The notes: a model not told the origin generated them from the sequence alone. Positions 37,072-47,129 are shown, counted from the first letter of the stretch. The stretch is DNA of 51,827 nucleotides from Desulfatiglandales bacterium (GCA_041685835.1 JAWLEX010000006.1:1-51827), one strand, 5' to 3'. Numbers and translations are program-made.

Positions 37072-38310
37072 TTAGTGTGAATCCGCCGCCAGCACCCGCA
37101 CATAGCGCTTCTTACCTGCACGCAGAAGCAGGCCCCCATCGTTCAGGGCCCTCGCATTGATCAACTGATCGAATGTGTCCAGCCTCTCTTCATTCACATA
37201 TCCGCCGCCCTGGGCGATCAATCTGCGTGCGTCGCCCCTCGTCTTGCAGAGACCGCACATCTCGAAGAGGATATAGGCCGGAATCCCGTTTTCAATCTCC
37301 GCGCTACGGACCTCGAAGGCCGGGACCGAGCCGGAAGGCCCCTCGCCGCCGCCTCCAAACAGCCGGCGGGAGGCCTCCTGTGCCTGTCCGGCCTCTTCTT
37401 CCCCGTGGCAGATTGCGGTTGCTTCATATGCCAGGACTTCCTTTGCCTTCCTCAGATCGGCGCCTTTAAGAGATGCGAGCTCTTTGACTTCCTTCATGGG
37501 AAGAAAGGTGAAGAGGGCCAGGAACCGCTCCACATCGGCGTCGTCCTGATTGATCCAGTACTGGTAGTAGTCATAGGGGCTTGTAAGCTCCGGGTCGAGC
37601 CACACGGCGCCTTCGTGGGTCTTTCCCATCTTGATGCCGGAAGCCGTAGTAATGAGCGGAAACGTGATGCCGAATGCGCTCTTTCCTTGCACGCGGCGGA
37701 TGAGGTCGACGCCGGCCACGATGTTGCCCCATTGATCGCTGCCGCCCATCTGGATGCGGCAGCCGTAAGTATTGAACAGGTGCAGGAAATCATAGGATTG
37801 AAGGAGCATGTAGTTGAACTCGATAAAGCTCAGCCCGTTTTCGAGCCTGATCCGGTAACTCTCGGCCGAAAGCATGCGATTAACGCTGAAGTGCCGGCCG
37901 ATGTCCCGCAGGAAATCTATGTAATTGAGCTTGGAGAGCCAGTCCGCGTTGTTTTCCATGATGGCTCGGCCGTTATCAAAGTCGAGAAATCGTGCAAGTT
38001 GTTGCCTTATGGCTTCGGCGTTGGCATCGATTTCCTCCCGGGTCATGATCCGCCGCATCTCCGTCTTCCCGCTGGGGTCGCCCACGAGGGCGGTCCCTCC
38101 CCCCACGAGGGCGATGGGTCGATGGCCGGCCCGCTGCATGTGGGCCAGCGACATGATAGGCACCAGGCTTCCCAGGTGAAGGCTCTTGGCCGTAGGGTCG
38201 AATCCTATGTAACAGGTCGCCGGATGTTCAAGGAGGGTCAAAACCGCATCACGGTCCGTAGCCTGTTCCACGAACCCCCTTTCTTCCAACTCGACAAACA
38301 CATTCTTCAC
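37072..38310 (-). CDS. tyrS: Tyrosyl-tRNA synthetase
   Basis: YIGFDPTAKSLHLGS, QMGGSDQWGN, KMGKT and a C-terminal S4 domain. Confidence 0.97.
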   Translation of the reverse strand: MKNVFVELEERGFVEQATDRDAVLTLLEHPATCYIGFDPTAKSLHLGSLVPIMSLAHMQRAGHRPIALVGGGTALVGDPSGKTEMRRIMTREEIDANAEAIRQQLARFLDFDNGRAIMENNADWLSKLNYIDFLRDIGRHFSVNRMLSAESYRIRLENGLSFIEFNYMLLQSYDFLHLFNTYGCRIQMGGSDQWGNIVAGVDLIRRVQGKSAFGITFPLITTASGIKMGKTHEGAVWLDPELTSPYDYYQYWINQDDADVERFLALFTFLPMKEVKELASLKGADLRKAKEVLAYEATAICHGEEEAGQAQEASRRLFGGGGEGPSGSVPAFEVRSAEIENGIPAYILFEMCGLCKTRGDARRLIAQGGGYVNEERLDTFDQLINARALNDGGLLLRAGKKRYVRVLAADSH

Positions 38311-39302
38311 TGCGCACCTCGATCACGCGATTCCAGGTCTTGAGGGAGTCTCAGGCGGACAACCTCCCCGGACTTCCCGATATTGTGCAGGGTCTTCCCT
38401 TCGAAGACTATATTAATGCCACCGGCATTTCCGATCAACAGGTCGAACTCGCTGCCCTCCTTCCACTCGGGGCGGCTGCCCGGCCGGAAGGTGAAGGCTT
38501 TCGGTTCCCTTCCATCAATGGATATCTGAACCCACGTCCTTTCCTGCACCTCGATTTCCAGTGCCGGCACCTCCTCGGACGGGGTCTGTTCTTGAACCGC
38601 CGGAGGCGGAGGAAATTCTTCCATTACGACGGGCAGGGGCCTTTGTTCGGGAACGGGGGCCGGTTCTTCCTGTGGAGCGTCGGCTATCCCCGGCGGGGTG
38701 TCCGTCGGTTCGTACGGCCCCTCCGCGGAAGGGACCCGACGCTCTGGCTCCGCCTCGTCCCCGTCCGTAACCCTCGGAGGGATTTTGGATCGCTCCACCG
38801 CAGGCCCGGGTGATCCGGCCGGTGTGGACGGCTGGTCGGGCTCCTGGGTCCCCTGCCAGAAATAAAGAAGGGTCCCGGCCAGGATCCCCATTACAAGGAG
38901 CAGGAGAATCAAAAGGCCCCGTCCGGGTTTTTCCGGTTTGAGAAGTGGCTTCGGCTCCACGGTTTGTGCCGGACTGACCCTGTTGTAGAGGTCGAGCACC
39001 GGTTGCTCGTCCAGCCCCAGTGCCCGCGCGTAGGAACGGATGAATCCCCTTACGAAAACCGGCGGAGGAAGCTCGTCCCACTTTTCCCGTTCAATGGCCA
39101 CGATTAAGTGTTCGCGAAGCCGGATGGCCTCGGCCACCTGACGGATGTCCATGCTTCGATTACGCCGCTCCTCCCGCAGAAGGGAACCGGGGCCCATCAT
39201 TTCTGGACCGTCGGTTTCCGCCCGGTCCCCGGCCGACCTGGATTTTCGATTTAAATCCTCCATGGGGGCTTTCGTATTTCCTCTAAGCGAGTTAGTTTCC
39301 AT
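38307..39302 (-). CDS. rodZ: RodZ-family cell-shape protein (HTH, TM, DUF4115)
   Basis: FVRGFIRSYARALGL HTH, single TM, Pro-rich linker and IGNAGG. Start uncertain (39302, 39263 or near 39200). Confidence 0.85.
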   Translation of the reverse strand: METNSLRGNTKAPMEDLNRKSRSAGDRAETDGPEMMGPGSLLREERRNRSMDIRQVAEAIRLREHLIVAIEREKWDELPPPVFVRGFIRSYARALGLDEQPVLDLYNRVSPAQTVEPKPLLKPEKPGRGLLILLLLVMGILAGTLLYFWQGTQEPDQPSTPAGSPGPAVERSKIPPRVTDGDEAEPERRVPSAEGPYEPTDTPPGIADAPQEEPAPVPEQRPLPVVMEEFPPPPAVQEQTPSEEVPALEIEVQERTWVQISIDGREPKAFTFRPGSRPEWKEGSEFDLLIGNAGGINIVFEGKTLHNIGKSGEVVRLRLPQDLESRDRGAQ

Positions 39303-39354
39303 GACGCAAAAAAATAATCAAATTTAGAATATTACCTGATAGTTATACAGACCT

Positions 39355-40335
39355 CTACTCGATAAGGATTTTAGTGTAGGCCCTTTCCTTGAGCTCCTCA
39401 ATCCACTTTTTATAACGCCGCTCGACTTCCTGGTTGAAGAGAATTCGGTGAATGGCGTCTTTGACTCTTTCCAGCGGCACGACGCCGGTCCCGCCCTTGT
39501 CCAGGACCTTGATAATCTGAATGCCGTTAGGCTTGATGATGATATCGCTGATCCCCCCCTCCGGCGTCTTCTCCACAACCTCGCGGATTTCGGGTTCCAA
39601 CTGGTCCGGGTTGAACCGGCCCAGGTAGCCGCCCTCTTTCGCGGCCGGGCCGTCCGAATACGCTTCGGCCATCCGGGCGAAACCCTCTCCGTTTCTGAGT
39701 CTCTCGAGCAGCTCGGCGCCTTTTTTTTCCAGCTCCGCGGCTGATTGCGAATCGTTGGGGTTCCGGCTGGTCAGGAAAATCGTGGCGAGCTCGATACCCG
39801 GCTTACGCTGGAACTGATCCTTGTTTTCCTCGTAATAGGCCTCGATATTCTCATCGCGGATAATGATGCGTGACTTAACCTCGAAGTCTACCAGCTTTTG
39901 TCTCTGGATCTCCTCTTTAAGTTTTTTGCGGTATTCCTCCACGGTGAGGCCATCAGCCTCCAACATGGATTCGAGTTTTTCCCCGGTCCAGCGGTTGTCC
40001 CTTTTTACGCGCTCGATTGCAGCATCCACCTCACTCTCTCCTACCTTGATGCCTATTTCTTTAATTTTATCAAGTGCTATTCGCTCTTCAATCAACCGTT
40101 CAAGCACCTTTAGCCGGCTGTCGTGATACTGTATAGGGCTCCTTTCCCGGAGTTGGTTTGCCTCAATACCTGTCATTTCTCTCATTTTATTGTGCAGTTC
40201 ATATAAAGTGATAACATCGTCGTTAACAAAAGCGACGATGCGGTTTGCGGTCTGTGCGTGAACGGCGGGTGCCACTGCAACCGCAAACACCACCGTGCAG
40301 GCAAAGAGAAGGCATGCGGACAGCTTAAGAGTCAT
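39355..40335 (-). CDS. surA: SurA-like periplasmic chaperone / parvulin PPIase
   Basis: Signal peptide; NRIVAFVNDDVIT (SurA N-domain); FARMAEAYSDGP..EGGYLG parvulin motif. Confidence 0.8.
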   Translation of the reverse strand: MTLKLSACLLFACTVVFAVAVAPAVHAQTANRIVAFVNDDVITLYELHNKMREMTGIEANQLRERSPIQYHDSRLKVLERLIEERIALDKIKEIGIKVGESEVDAAIERVKRDNRWTGEKLESMLEADGLTVEEYRKKLKEEIQRQKLVDFEVKSRIIIRDENIEAYYEENKDQFQRKPGIELATIFLTSRNPNDSQSAAELEKKGAELLERLRNGEGFARMAEAYSDGPAAKEGGYLGRFNPDQLEPEIREVVEKTPEGGISDIIIKPNGIQIIKVLDKGGTGVVPLERVKDAIHRILFNQEVERRYKKWIEELKERAYTKILIE

Positions 40336-41277
40336 TTATCCGATCTCCAATTTGTTCAGGACATCCCGGTTTACCTTGACGATATATCGGGATTTCAAGG
40401 TTTCGATCCAATCACTGAAGAAGGCCTCCTGTTTCTCGGACAGGAGTCTCTCCTCGATCTGTGTCATCACCTCGGGCAGGCTCTTGACCCCGGCCGGCCG
40501 CCGGGCCGTCACCTCCACCACGTGGTAGCCGTAAGGGGTCTTAAGGGGGGTGGACGCCAGGCCTATGGGAAGCGAAAAAAGTGCGTCTGCAAAGGACTCA
40601 TCCATTTCATCATCAGCGGTCCACCGCTCGGGTATGCCCACAGCCGTACTGAAACGCTCGGGCGTATCTTGGATTAGTGTCCCAAGATCTTGCCCTTTTT
40701 TTGCCAATTCCAATATATCAGCTGCTTCATCCGCATTTCTTGTGATAATCTGACTAAATTTTATCATGTCCTTATGTCTGTATAAATCTCGATTTTTCTC
40801 GTAATGAGCTTGTATTTCCTCAACAGTCACGGGTTTTACCTGCTCCATGCCTTTTGCAATGATTTTTTTTATGAGTAACTGCTCCCTGAGCCAGCCTTTC
40901 CACACGTCCAAGTCCACATATCGCTTGAGCAGCATGTCATTAAATTCATCCTCAGATGGATAATCGGCCTTGATTTCTCGGACTGCAGCCTCCAGCTCTT
41001 GTTCTTTGACCGAAATCCCCAGTTCTTCTCCATGGGCTGTAATTACATAGCGCTCTACAAGGCGCTCAACGAGCAGGTCGAAAACAGGCCGGATTTCCTC
41101 GGTGTTCAGATCCATTTCGATGATGATGCGCTCGAGGTCTTTACGGAACGCGTCCAGGGTGATGTCTTTTTCCCCGACGCGAATCGCTACCAGGTCCTGC
41201 GCAGGTCTGAACAGATCACAGGCGGCATGGGATAAGATTAAAAGAAAAACAGAACACCAGACGGCACGTTTGATCAT
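40336..41277 (-). CDS. SurA-N/parvulin-type peptidyl-prolyl isomerase (PrsA-like lipoprotein)
   Basis: Lipobox-like HAAC, SurA-N-like helices and the KTPYGYHVVEV parvulin segment. Confidence 0.75.
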   Translation of the reverse strand: MIKRAVWCSVFLLILSHAACDLFRPAQDLVAIRVGEKDITLDAFRKDLERIIIEMDLNTEEIRPVFDLLVERLVERYVITAHGEELGISVKEQELEAAVREIKADYPSEDEFNDMLLKRYVDLDVWKGWLREQLLIKKIIAKGMEQVKPVTVEEIQAHYEKNRDLYRHKDMIKFSQIITRNADEAADILELAKKGQDLGTLIQDTPERFSTAVGIPERWTADDEMDESFADALFSLPIGLASTPLKTPYGYHVVEVTARRPAGVKSLPEVMTQIEERLLSEKQEAFFSDWIETLKSRYIVKVNRDVLNKLEIG

Positions 41278-41515
41278 GGCAGGGCCTGAAATACACTTCC
41301 GACGCAAATTATACCGCGGCTCCGGGCGCCGTGCTTGAACCGATATCGGTCCACAGCGATATCCCGCAACTCGGGACTGGAAAAAAGACGAACTTTTACA
41401 TTAACAGTTGCCATGGAAAATGCAAGTACAATCTGAGTAAGGGAATCCTGCCCAAGGGCTTGAAATCAAGGGCTTTTGGGGCTGAAAGCGACCGCCGGTG
41501 AAAGACCTGTCGTGC

Positions 41516-44500
41516 TCAGCGGGGGGCCTTCGGAGCAAGCAGCCGGAGCAGCGCCAGGGCCTCATCCAGGGAATTTAACGGATCGGGAGAGGCCGGGCGG
41601 ACCCGTAGCCTGTTCCCGGATGAGAGGCTGTATCTGCCCGGATCGGACTCGACCATTTTCACAATCGACCCGGCATCCGCATCGGTGTCCGGGGCGAAGG
41701 TCAGGACCAGGGCCTCCCGGGTCACCTCCATACGTGTCGCCCGGAGCAGCTTCATCAGGAGTCGAACGGACATGATGTGCAGGAGATTCAAGACCTCTTT
41801 CGGGGGCGGGCCGAATCGATCGGCGATTTCACCTCGGAGCGACTCCAGTTCTTCATTCTCCTTGAGAGATGACATGCGCCGGTAGAGATTGAGGCGGACA
41901 TCCGGATCCGAAACATAGGTGTCGGGGAGATACGCCGAGAGGTTCACATGGATTTCAGGGTTTATCTCTTCCCGCCACTCTTCGCCCTTGAGTTCGGAAA
42001 CCGCTTCCTCAATGAGGCGGATGTAAAGCTCATATCCCACTGCTGCAATGTGCCCGGACTGGCTGAAGCCGAGAATGTTTCCTCCGCCTCTGATCTTGAG
42101 ATCGTGCAGGGCCAGTTGAAGCCCGGCCCCGAGTTGTGAAAAGTCCATTAGGGCCTTGAGGCGTTTGACCGCTTCGCGCGTCATGGCGGATGTGTCGGAG
42201 AGCAGGAGATAGGCATATGCGGTCTCGCTGGATCGTCCCACGCGTCCCCTGAGCTGATAGACCTGGGCCAGGCCGAACCGGTCGGCCTGGTGAAGGATTA
42301 TGGTGTTGACCGAGGGTATGTCCAGACCTGATTCGATGATGGTGGTGCACACGAGGACATCAATTTCTTTTCTCAGGAACTCCATCATTGTATTTTCGAG
42401 GCCGCCCTGCTTCATCTGCCCGTGAGCCATGCCGATGCGGGCCTTGGGCAGGATCTCGCGGAGGCGGGCGGTTATCTGGTCAATGGTCCGGACGCGGTTG
42501 TGCACGAAAAACACCTGGCCGCCCCGCTCCAGTTCGTGTTCCACGGCATGCACTATGGTGGCCTCATCATACGGGACTATGTAGGTCCGGATGGCCTGCC
42601 GGTCCTCGGGCGGTGTCTCAATGACGCTCAGGTCCCTGACCCCCATGAGTGAGAGGTGAAGGGTCCTTGGAATGGGTGTGGCGGTCAGGGAGAGGACGTC
42701 AACCAGTGCCCTGTACTTCTTGAGCGCCTCCTTCTGCTTCACTCCGAAGCGTTGTTCCTCGTCCACGATCAGGAGGCCCAGATCACGAAATCCGACATCT
42801 TTCTGAAGGAGCCGATGAGTTCCGATGAGTACGTCGACCTTGCCTGAGCGGGCCCGGGCCGCCAGTTCGCGCTGCTCGGCCCGGCTCTTGAACCGGCTCA
42901 GGACAGAGACAACAACGCCGTATGGTTCCATTCGACGCCGGAAGGTCTCGAAGTGCTGTTCGGCCAGGACGGTAGTGGGCACGAGCATGGCGACCTGCTT
43001 CCCCTCGCTCACCGCCTTGAAGGCCGCGCGCAAGGCCACCTCGGTTTTACCGAACCCCACATCCCCGCAGATGAGCCGATCCATGGGCCGATCGCTCTCC
43101 AGGTCGTCGAGAACGTCGTCGATGGCCTTGGCCTGATCCGGCGTCTCCTCGTGCTCGAAGGTCGCTTCGAACTCGCGGAAGGCGTTGTCGGGAGGGCCGA
43201 AGGCGTGACCGGTACGGTAGCTTCGAAGGGCGTAGATCTCCACAAGTTGACGGGCGATCTCCTTCACTGATTTTCGCGCCCGCCCCTTGGCAACGTCCCA
43301 TGAGCGCCCGCCCATCCGGTCGAGTTTGGGGGTCTTCTCGTCCGCTCCGATGTACTTCTGGAGAATGCTGATGCGGTCAGCCGGAACATACAAGCGGTCG
43401 GCCCCCTCGTATTCCACGATGACGAAATCGTTGGCCTTGCCGGCCACCTCCATTTTCTTGAGACCACTGTAGAGCCCGATCCCGTGATCCTCGTGGACAA
43501 CCGGGTCCCCGACCTGAAGCCCGCTGAACGAGGTCCAGTTCAGGCCTTGCATGCCCGCCTGCCTGCGGCGGGACGCCCGCGAGCGTTTGGGGCCGAAGAT
43601 CTCATCCTCGCTCACCACATGAAGGCCGAGGCCGGGCCATGCAAAGCCCCTGGAGAGCCCCCCAAGGCAGAGGGTCACGCCGGGCCCGGGCGGGACCTCG
43701 TGCCAGCAATTAACGATCCCGTCCGTATCGAGCCTGTAGTTGGCGAGGATTTCCTGAAGCCGTCCCGCCTGTTGTTCGGTCCGTGATACCAGGACCACCC
43801 GGGAACCGTACTCCAGCCAACCCTCTATCCGCTCGGCCAGGGGCGCCAGAGAGACCCGTCCCTTGCCCTCAATGCGCAGGTCCAGGCTGTCCTCGACGGG
43901 GGTGACGTTCTCGAGGACGACGGTTTGGACACCGGGGGCCTCTTCCTTGATTGGGATCTCCCTGAAGTCGATCGGACCGGCCTTTGCCATGCGATCCCCG
44001 GCCGTCTCCGGCTCCACCAAGAGCCCGTTGATTTCCGGAAACGGCTGCTCCCGCTCCTCGGCGTCGCGACGATACCTCTCGGCATCACGAAGGAAGTTCC
44101 CCCGGAATCGAATCAATTCCGAGTTGATTCTCTCGGGGTCGATACGGAAGAGGAGAGCCTTTTCAGGCAGGTAGTCAAACAGGGTGCCCGGCCGTTCATA
44201 GAAGTGGTTGAGCCAGGCCTCTTGTCCGGAAAACCCACCCCCCTCCTTGATCTCCGGGGGGAGTCTCCCCATGGACCTGGCCCGCTCCACAGAGTCCTTG
44301 TTCAAGAGGATCTCCGAGGCCGGAAGGAGGACCAACTCCTTCAGGGAAGACGTGGATCGCTGGGAAAGGGGGTCGAAACAACGAATGGACTCCAGGTGGT
44401 CTCCCCAGAATTCGAAACGCACCGGTTCGTTCATCAGGGGAGGGAATACGTCCACAACGCCGCCGCGCACCGCATAATCCCCCCGCTCTTCCACAAGGGA

Positions 44501-45004
44501 GGTCCTCATGTAGCCGCAGTCGTGGAGCCTGCTGATCAATCGGTCCCGCCCCACCTCCTCGCCTTCCTCCAGGTAATCCAGCGCACCTATGAGGGCGGGT
44601 TTAGGCATAAGACGGACGGCCGCCGCCTCTGAGGAAGTGATCACCACGGGATCAGATAGCTCTGTCAGTGCGTAAAGGGCCTGAATGCGCCGGGTGACCA
44701 CGTCCCGGTGCGGGCTCAGGCCTGAAAGCGGCGAGATGTCGTAGACCGGAAAATCATAGAGCCTCCGTTCGTCGGGGGAACCCAGGCTCAGGGATTCCGG
44801 CAGGAAAAAGGCCAGTTCCCGGTAGAGCCTGCGGGCCTGGGCGGCGGTGGGTGCGATTACGAGGCAGGGTACGCGGATGCCCGGAATAATCCGGGACAGC
44901 AGGTAGCTCCGGGCCGAGGCGGCCGTCCCCACGATTTCAAAAGGGCCGGCCCCCGACTGGATCAGGTCTTGAACGGCTTGAACGGGTGAGTTGTCTTGTG
45001 TCAT
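41516..45004 (-). CDS. mfd: Transcription-repair coupling factor
   Basis: UvrB-homology region (RGGVVDVFP), CarD-like RID (VHEDHGIG), GDVGFGKT, DEEQRFG, QLRGRVGR and TRCF domain. Confidence 0.97.
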   Translation of the reverse strand: MTQDNSPVQAVQDLIQSGAGPFEIVGTAASARSYLLSRIIPGIRVPCLVIAPTAAQARRLYRELAFFLPESLSLGSPDERRLYDFPVYDISPLSGLSPHRDVVTRRIQALYALTELSDPVVITSSEAAAVRLMPKPALIGALDYLEEGEEVGRDRLISRLHDCGYMRTSLVEERGDYAVRGGVVDVFPPLMNEPVRFEFWGDHLESIRCFDPLSQRSTSSLKELVLLPASEILLNKDSVERARSMGRLPPEIKEGGGFSGQEAWLNHFYERPGTLFDYLPEKALLFRIDPERINSELIRFRGNFLRDAERYRRDAEEREQPFPEINGLLVEPETAGDRMAKAGPIDFREIPIKEEAPGVQTVVLENVTPVEDSLDLRIEGKGRVSLAPLAERIEGWLEYGSRVVLVSRTEQQAGRLQEILANYRLDTDGIVNCWHEVPPGPGVTLCLGGLSRGFAWPGLGLHVVSEDEIFGPKRSRASRRRQAGMQGLNWTSFSGLQVGDPVVHEDHGIGLYSGLKKMEVAGKANDFVIVEYEGADRLYVPADRISILQKYIGADEKTPKLDRMGGRSWDVAKGRARKSVKEIARQLVEIYALRSYRTGHAFGPPDNAFREFEATFEHEETPDQAKAIDDVLDDLESDRPMDRLICGDVGFGKTEVALRAAFKAVSEGKQVAMLVPTTVLAEQHFETFRRRMEPYGVVVSVLSRFKSRAEQRELAARARSGKVDVLIGTHRLLQKDVGFRDLGLLIVDEEQRFGVKQKEALKKYRALVDVLSLTATPIPRTLHLSLMGVRDLSVIETPPEDRQAIRTYIVPYDEATIVHAVEHELERGGQVFFVHNRVRTIDQITARLREILPKARIGMAHGQMKQGGLENTMMEFLRKEIDVLVCTTIIESGLDIPSVNTIILHQADRFGLAQVYQLRGRVGRSSETAYAYLLLSDTSAMTREAVKRLKALMDFSQLGAGLQLALHDLKIRGGGNILGFSQSGHIAAVGYELYIRLIEEAVSELKGEEWREEINPEIHVNLSAYLPDTYVSDPDVRLNLYRRMSSLKENEELESLRGEIADRFGPPPKEVLNLLHIMSVRLLMKLLRATRMEVTREALVLTFAPDTDADAGSIVKMVESDPGRYSLSSGNRLRVRPASPDPLNSLDEALALLRLLAPKAPR

Positions 45005-45249
45005 GGTATTCAAACAACCGGGTAATAGGAGTTCATGCGACCGGGCGATGCCCAGCACGCAAAAAGCCTTCAGGCCGGAACGGGTTGCCGCCCCGCATGA
45101 AAGCAGGGAAGACCATTACAGGAAAGTGTGTCCCGTTGCAAGGCATGCCTTTGGCCCGCAGCCACAGAGGCATGGGGAAATAGGGCCTTGACCTGGGTCG
45201 GGAACGGTGTGATAAGGGATGTAACCACTAAAGACAAGGAGTTATTTTC

Positions 45250-45630
45250 ATGTCAAGCGAAACAAGCGGAGATGTCCCCTCCCAGGTGATCGGCTCCATC
45301 AACAACCGGGACAATCCAGATCAGACGATTGATCTGGTTTACGTTTCCGAGGAAAACGGATTTGCCACATCCGGTATCCGCACCAACTTCGACCTTCCCG
45401 AGATTCTGGTCCCGGCCCACTTGGTCGCCCAGGACCTGCAGCTCATGGGGACCATTGTCTCCGCGATCCTGGAGCGCATTTCCCGGGCCTGCGAAAAAGA
45501 TGCGGTTTTCCAGTACGCTTCCCGTTTCGAGGTCATGGGCCGGGAATACACATTCACCCCTCACGGCCCGTATATGAGAATGGATGCCGACGTCCCCGAT
45601 CCCGGATATCCGGACGGCGAAGTGGAATGA
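45250..45630 (+). CDS. Hypothetical protein, 126 aa
   Basis: AAGGAG RBS and natural-looking composition; no recognisable motif. Confidence 0.7.
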   Translation: MSSETSGDVPSQVIGSINNRDNPDQTIDLVYVSEENGFATSGIRTNFDLPEILVPAHLVAQDLQLMGTIVSAILERISRACEKDAVFQYASRFEVMGREYTFTPHGPYMRMDADVPDPGYPDGEVE

Positions 45631-45775
45631 GAAAGAGGGGCGGCTGTTAAGCTGTTGAGCCGAAACATCGCGGGGCGTACGGCTTTGTCTTCCTCCAATC
45701 CCATGATGTGGTCACGCTCTTGACCTCGGAGTGCGGGGCACTAATCAGGTGCTTGCGGCGGCAGGGACCCGGGCG

Positions 45776-46597
45776 TCAATGGACGCAGGTGGCGTCCAGC
45801 ACGGGAGGCTCAGAGGTCTCCTCCTGCAAGGTGTGCCTGTCCAGGAAGGCCAGGACTGCCTGCACGTATTCGTCCGGTCTCTGCTCGTAGGTGTTATGCC
45901 CGCACTTGGGGAGAACCGCCAATTCCCCCCTTGGCAGGAGACGGTAAAAGGCCACACCCTGCTCCACGTCGAAGAGGAAACTCCGGTCCGGATAGAGTAC
46001 CAGGAGGGGGCTGGAGACGGACGGCAGGAGGGGCCGGAGGTCAAAGAAGCCGGTACCGTAAGCCCCCCCATGAATTCGGAAGAGGTCGAAAAAGGGCCCG
46101 GCATGTTCCTCGCCGTGCCAGTCGCTGAGCTTATCCCGCAGTTCCGGGTCCAACTCTTGAAACCTCTTGGGGAACTTATCCCGGTTGAACTCAGGCATAC
46201 TCACCTTGCTGTAGCACTGGGTGCTGGAAATCGTTACGGACCGGACATGCTCGGGGTGGTCCAGGGCGTAGTCAACGGCCAGGACCCCTCCCTCGCACTG
46301 CCCCACCAGGTGAAAGGACTCTATGCCGAGGGTGTCTTTGAGCCCGGCGAGTTCCCGCACTCCCGCCGCCCGAAATCCTTGACCTATGTAGAACTCCTCG
46401 AAGTCGTCACCCTTCTCTGATCGGCCGAAGCCACGACGGTCATACATTACCACCCGGTAGCCTCGATCCAGCAGGGGAGGGTAGATCTCCTTCCACATAC
46501 GGGTGCAACCGAACCCGTGGTGAAGGAGTATGATGGTTTCCCCTCCGCCGTGGTCCTCGTAGTAGATACGGAATCCATTGATCGTTTCAAAAGGCAT
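45776..46597 (-). CDS. Alpha/beta-fold hydrolase with a Cys at the nucleophile elbow (GQCEGG)
   Basis: LLHHGFG, YDRRGFGRS, HLVGQCEGG and CGHNTYEQRP motifs. Confidence 0.85.
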   Translation of the reverse strand: MPFETINGFRIYYEDHGGGETIILLHHGFGCTRMWKEIYPPLLDRGYRVVMYDRRGFGRSEKGDDFEEFYIGQGFRAAGVRELAGLKDTLGIESFHLVGQCEGGVLAVDYALDHPEHVRSVTISSTQCYSKVSMPEFNRDKFPKRFQELDPELRDKLSDWHGEEHAGPFFDLFRIHGGAYGTGFFDLRPLLPSVSSPLLVLYPDRSFLFDVEQGVAFYRLLPRGELAVLPKCGHNTYEQRPDEYVQAVLAFLDRHTLQEETSEPPVLDATCVH

Positions 46598-47113
46598 TTG
46601 GTCCTCGCTTGTCTTGTCTTCGCCGCTATCCGCTTTTAACACCCGAGGGTTGCAGCATACGTTGGGATCCAGCCATTACTCGGCTCGATCATCCATGTCT
46701 TCTTCCTTATGCTCAAAAATCAAGGCCAAAAAATGGATACACTTTTTTAACCCTATTTGAAATCGAAAAACAAAGGCAATATTCTGCGGCTGTCCGGGAG
46801 TTTTGGGCGCATAACATCATAACTATCTGATATGGCTGTATGATATTGACATGGATGCCTTCACCTGGACGCATGATATTCTTGACGCCCCGGCCGATGC
46901 AGCGACGGAGTCCGGGTTCGACGCAGCTTTGAACCCGGACGAGGCGCGGTTTCGTCTGCACCTCGCCGGTGCAAAATGATGTATACAGAACCTCACGGGA
47001 GTGGATGCAATTGTATACATTCCGCTTCTGCGGACCGGCGCAGTCCGTATGCTTGACATATAATCTTCTATTTTATCGAAGAGTTGGAAACACCCAGGTT
47101 TTTATCCTGCTGA

Positions 47114-47129
47114 TGGCACAGCTCTTGCT
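47114..47129 (+). promoter_or_regulatory. Sigma54 -24/-12 promoter, with an upstream IHF-like site (47074-47086) and two TGTATACA palindromes (46980-46987, 47012-47019)
   Basis: TGGCACA-GCTC-TTGCT matches TGGCACG-N4-TTGCW at all but one position. TATCGAAGAGTTG is one mismatch from WATCAA-N4-TTR. Confidence 0.7.

Noticed and set aside
45660-45790. The hydrolase ends ...TCVH-TGA, which would read as a CxxU selenoprotein motif
   Set aside because: No hairpin with loop GG at +24/+25 as in the two credible Sec sites, the read-through peptide looks non-coding, and the hydrolase domain is already complete.
47053-47064. TTGACATATAAT: perfect -35 and -10 hexamers
   Set aside because: There is no spacer between them, so they cannot form one sigma70 promoter; more likely part of the AT-rich IHF-binding tract.
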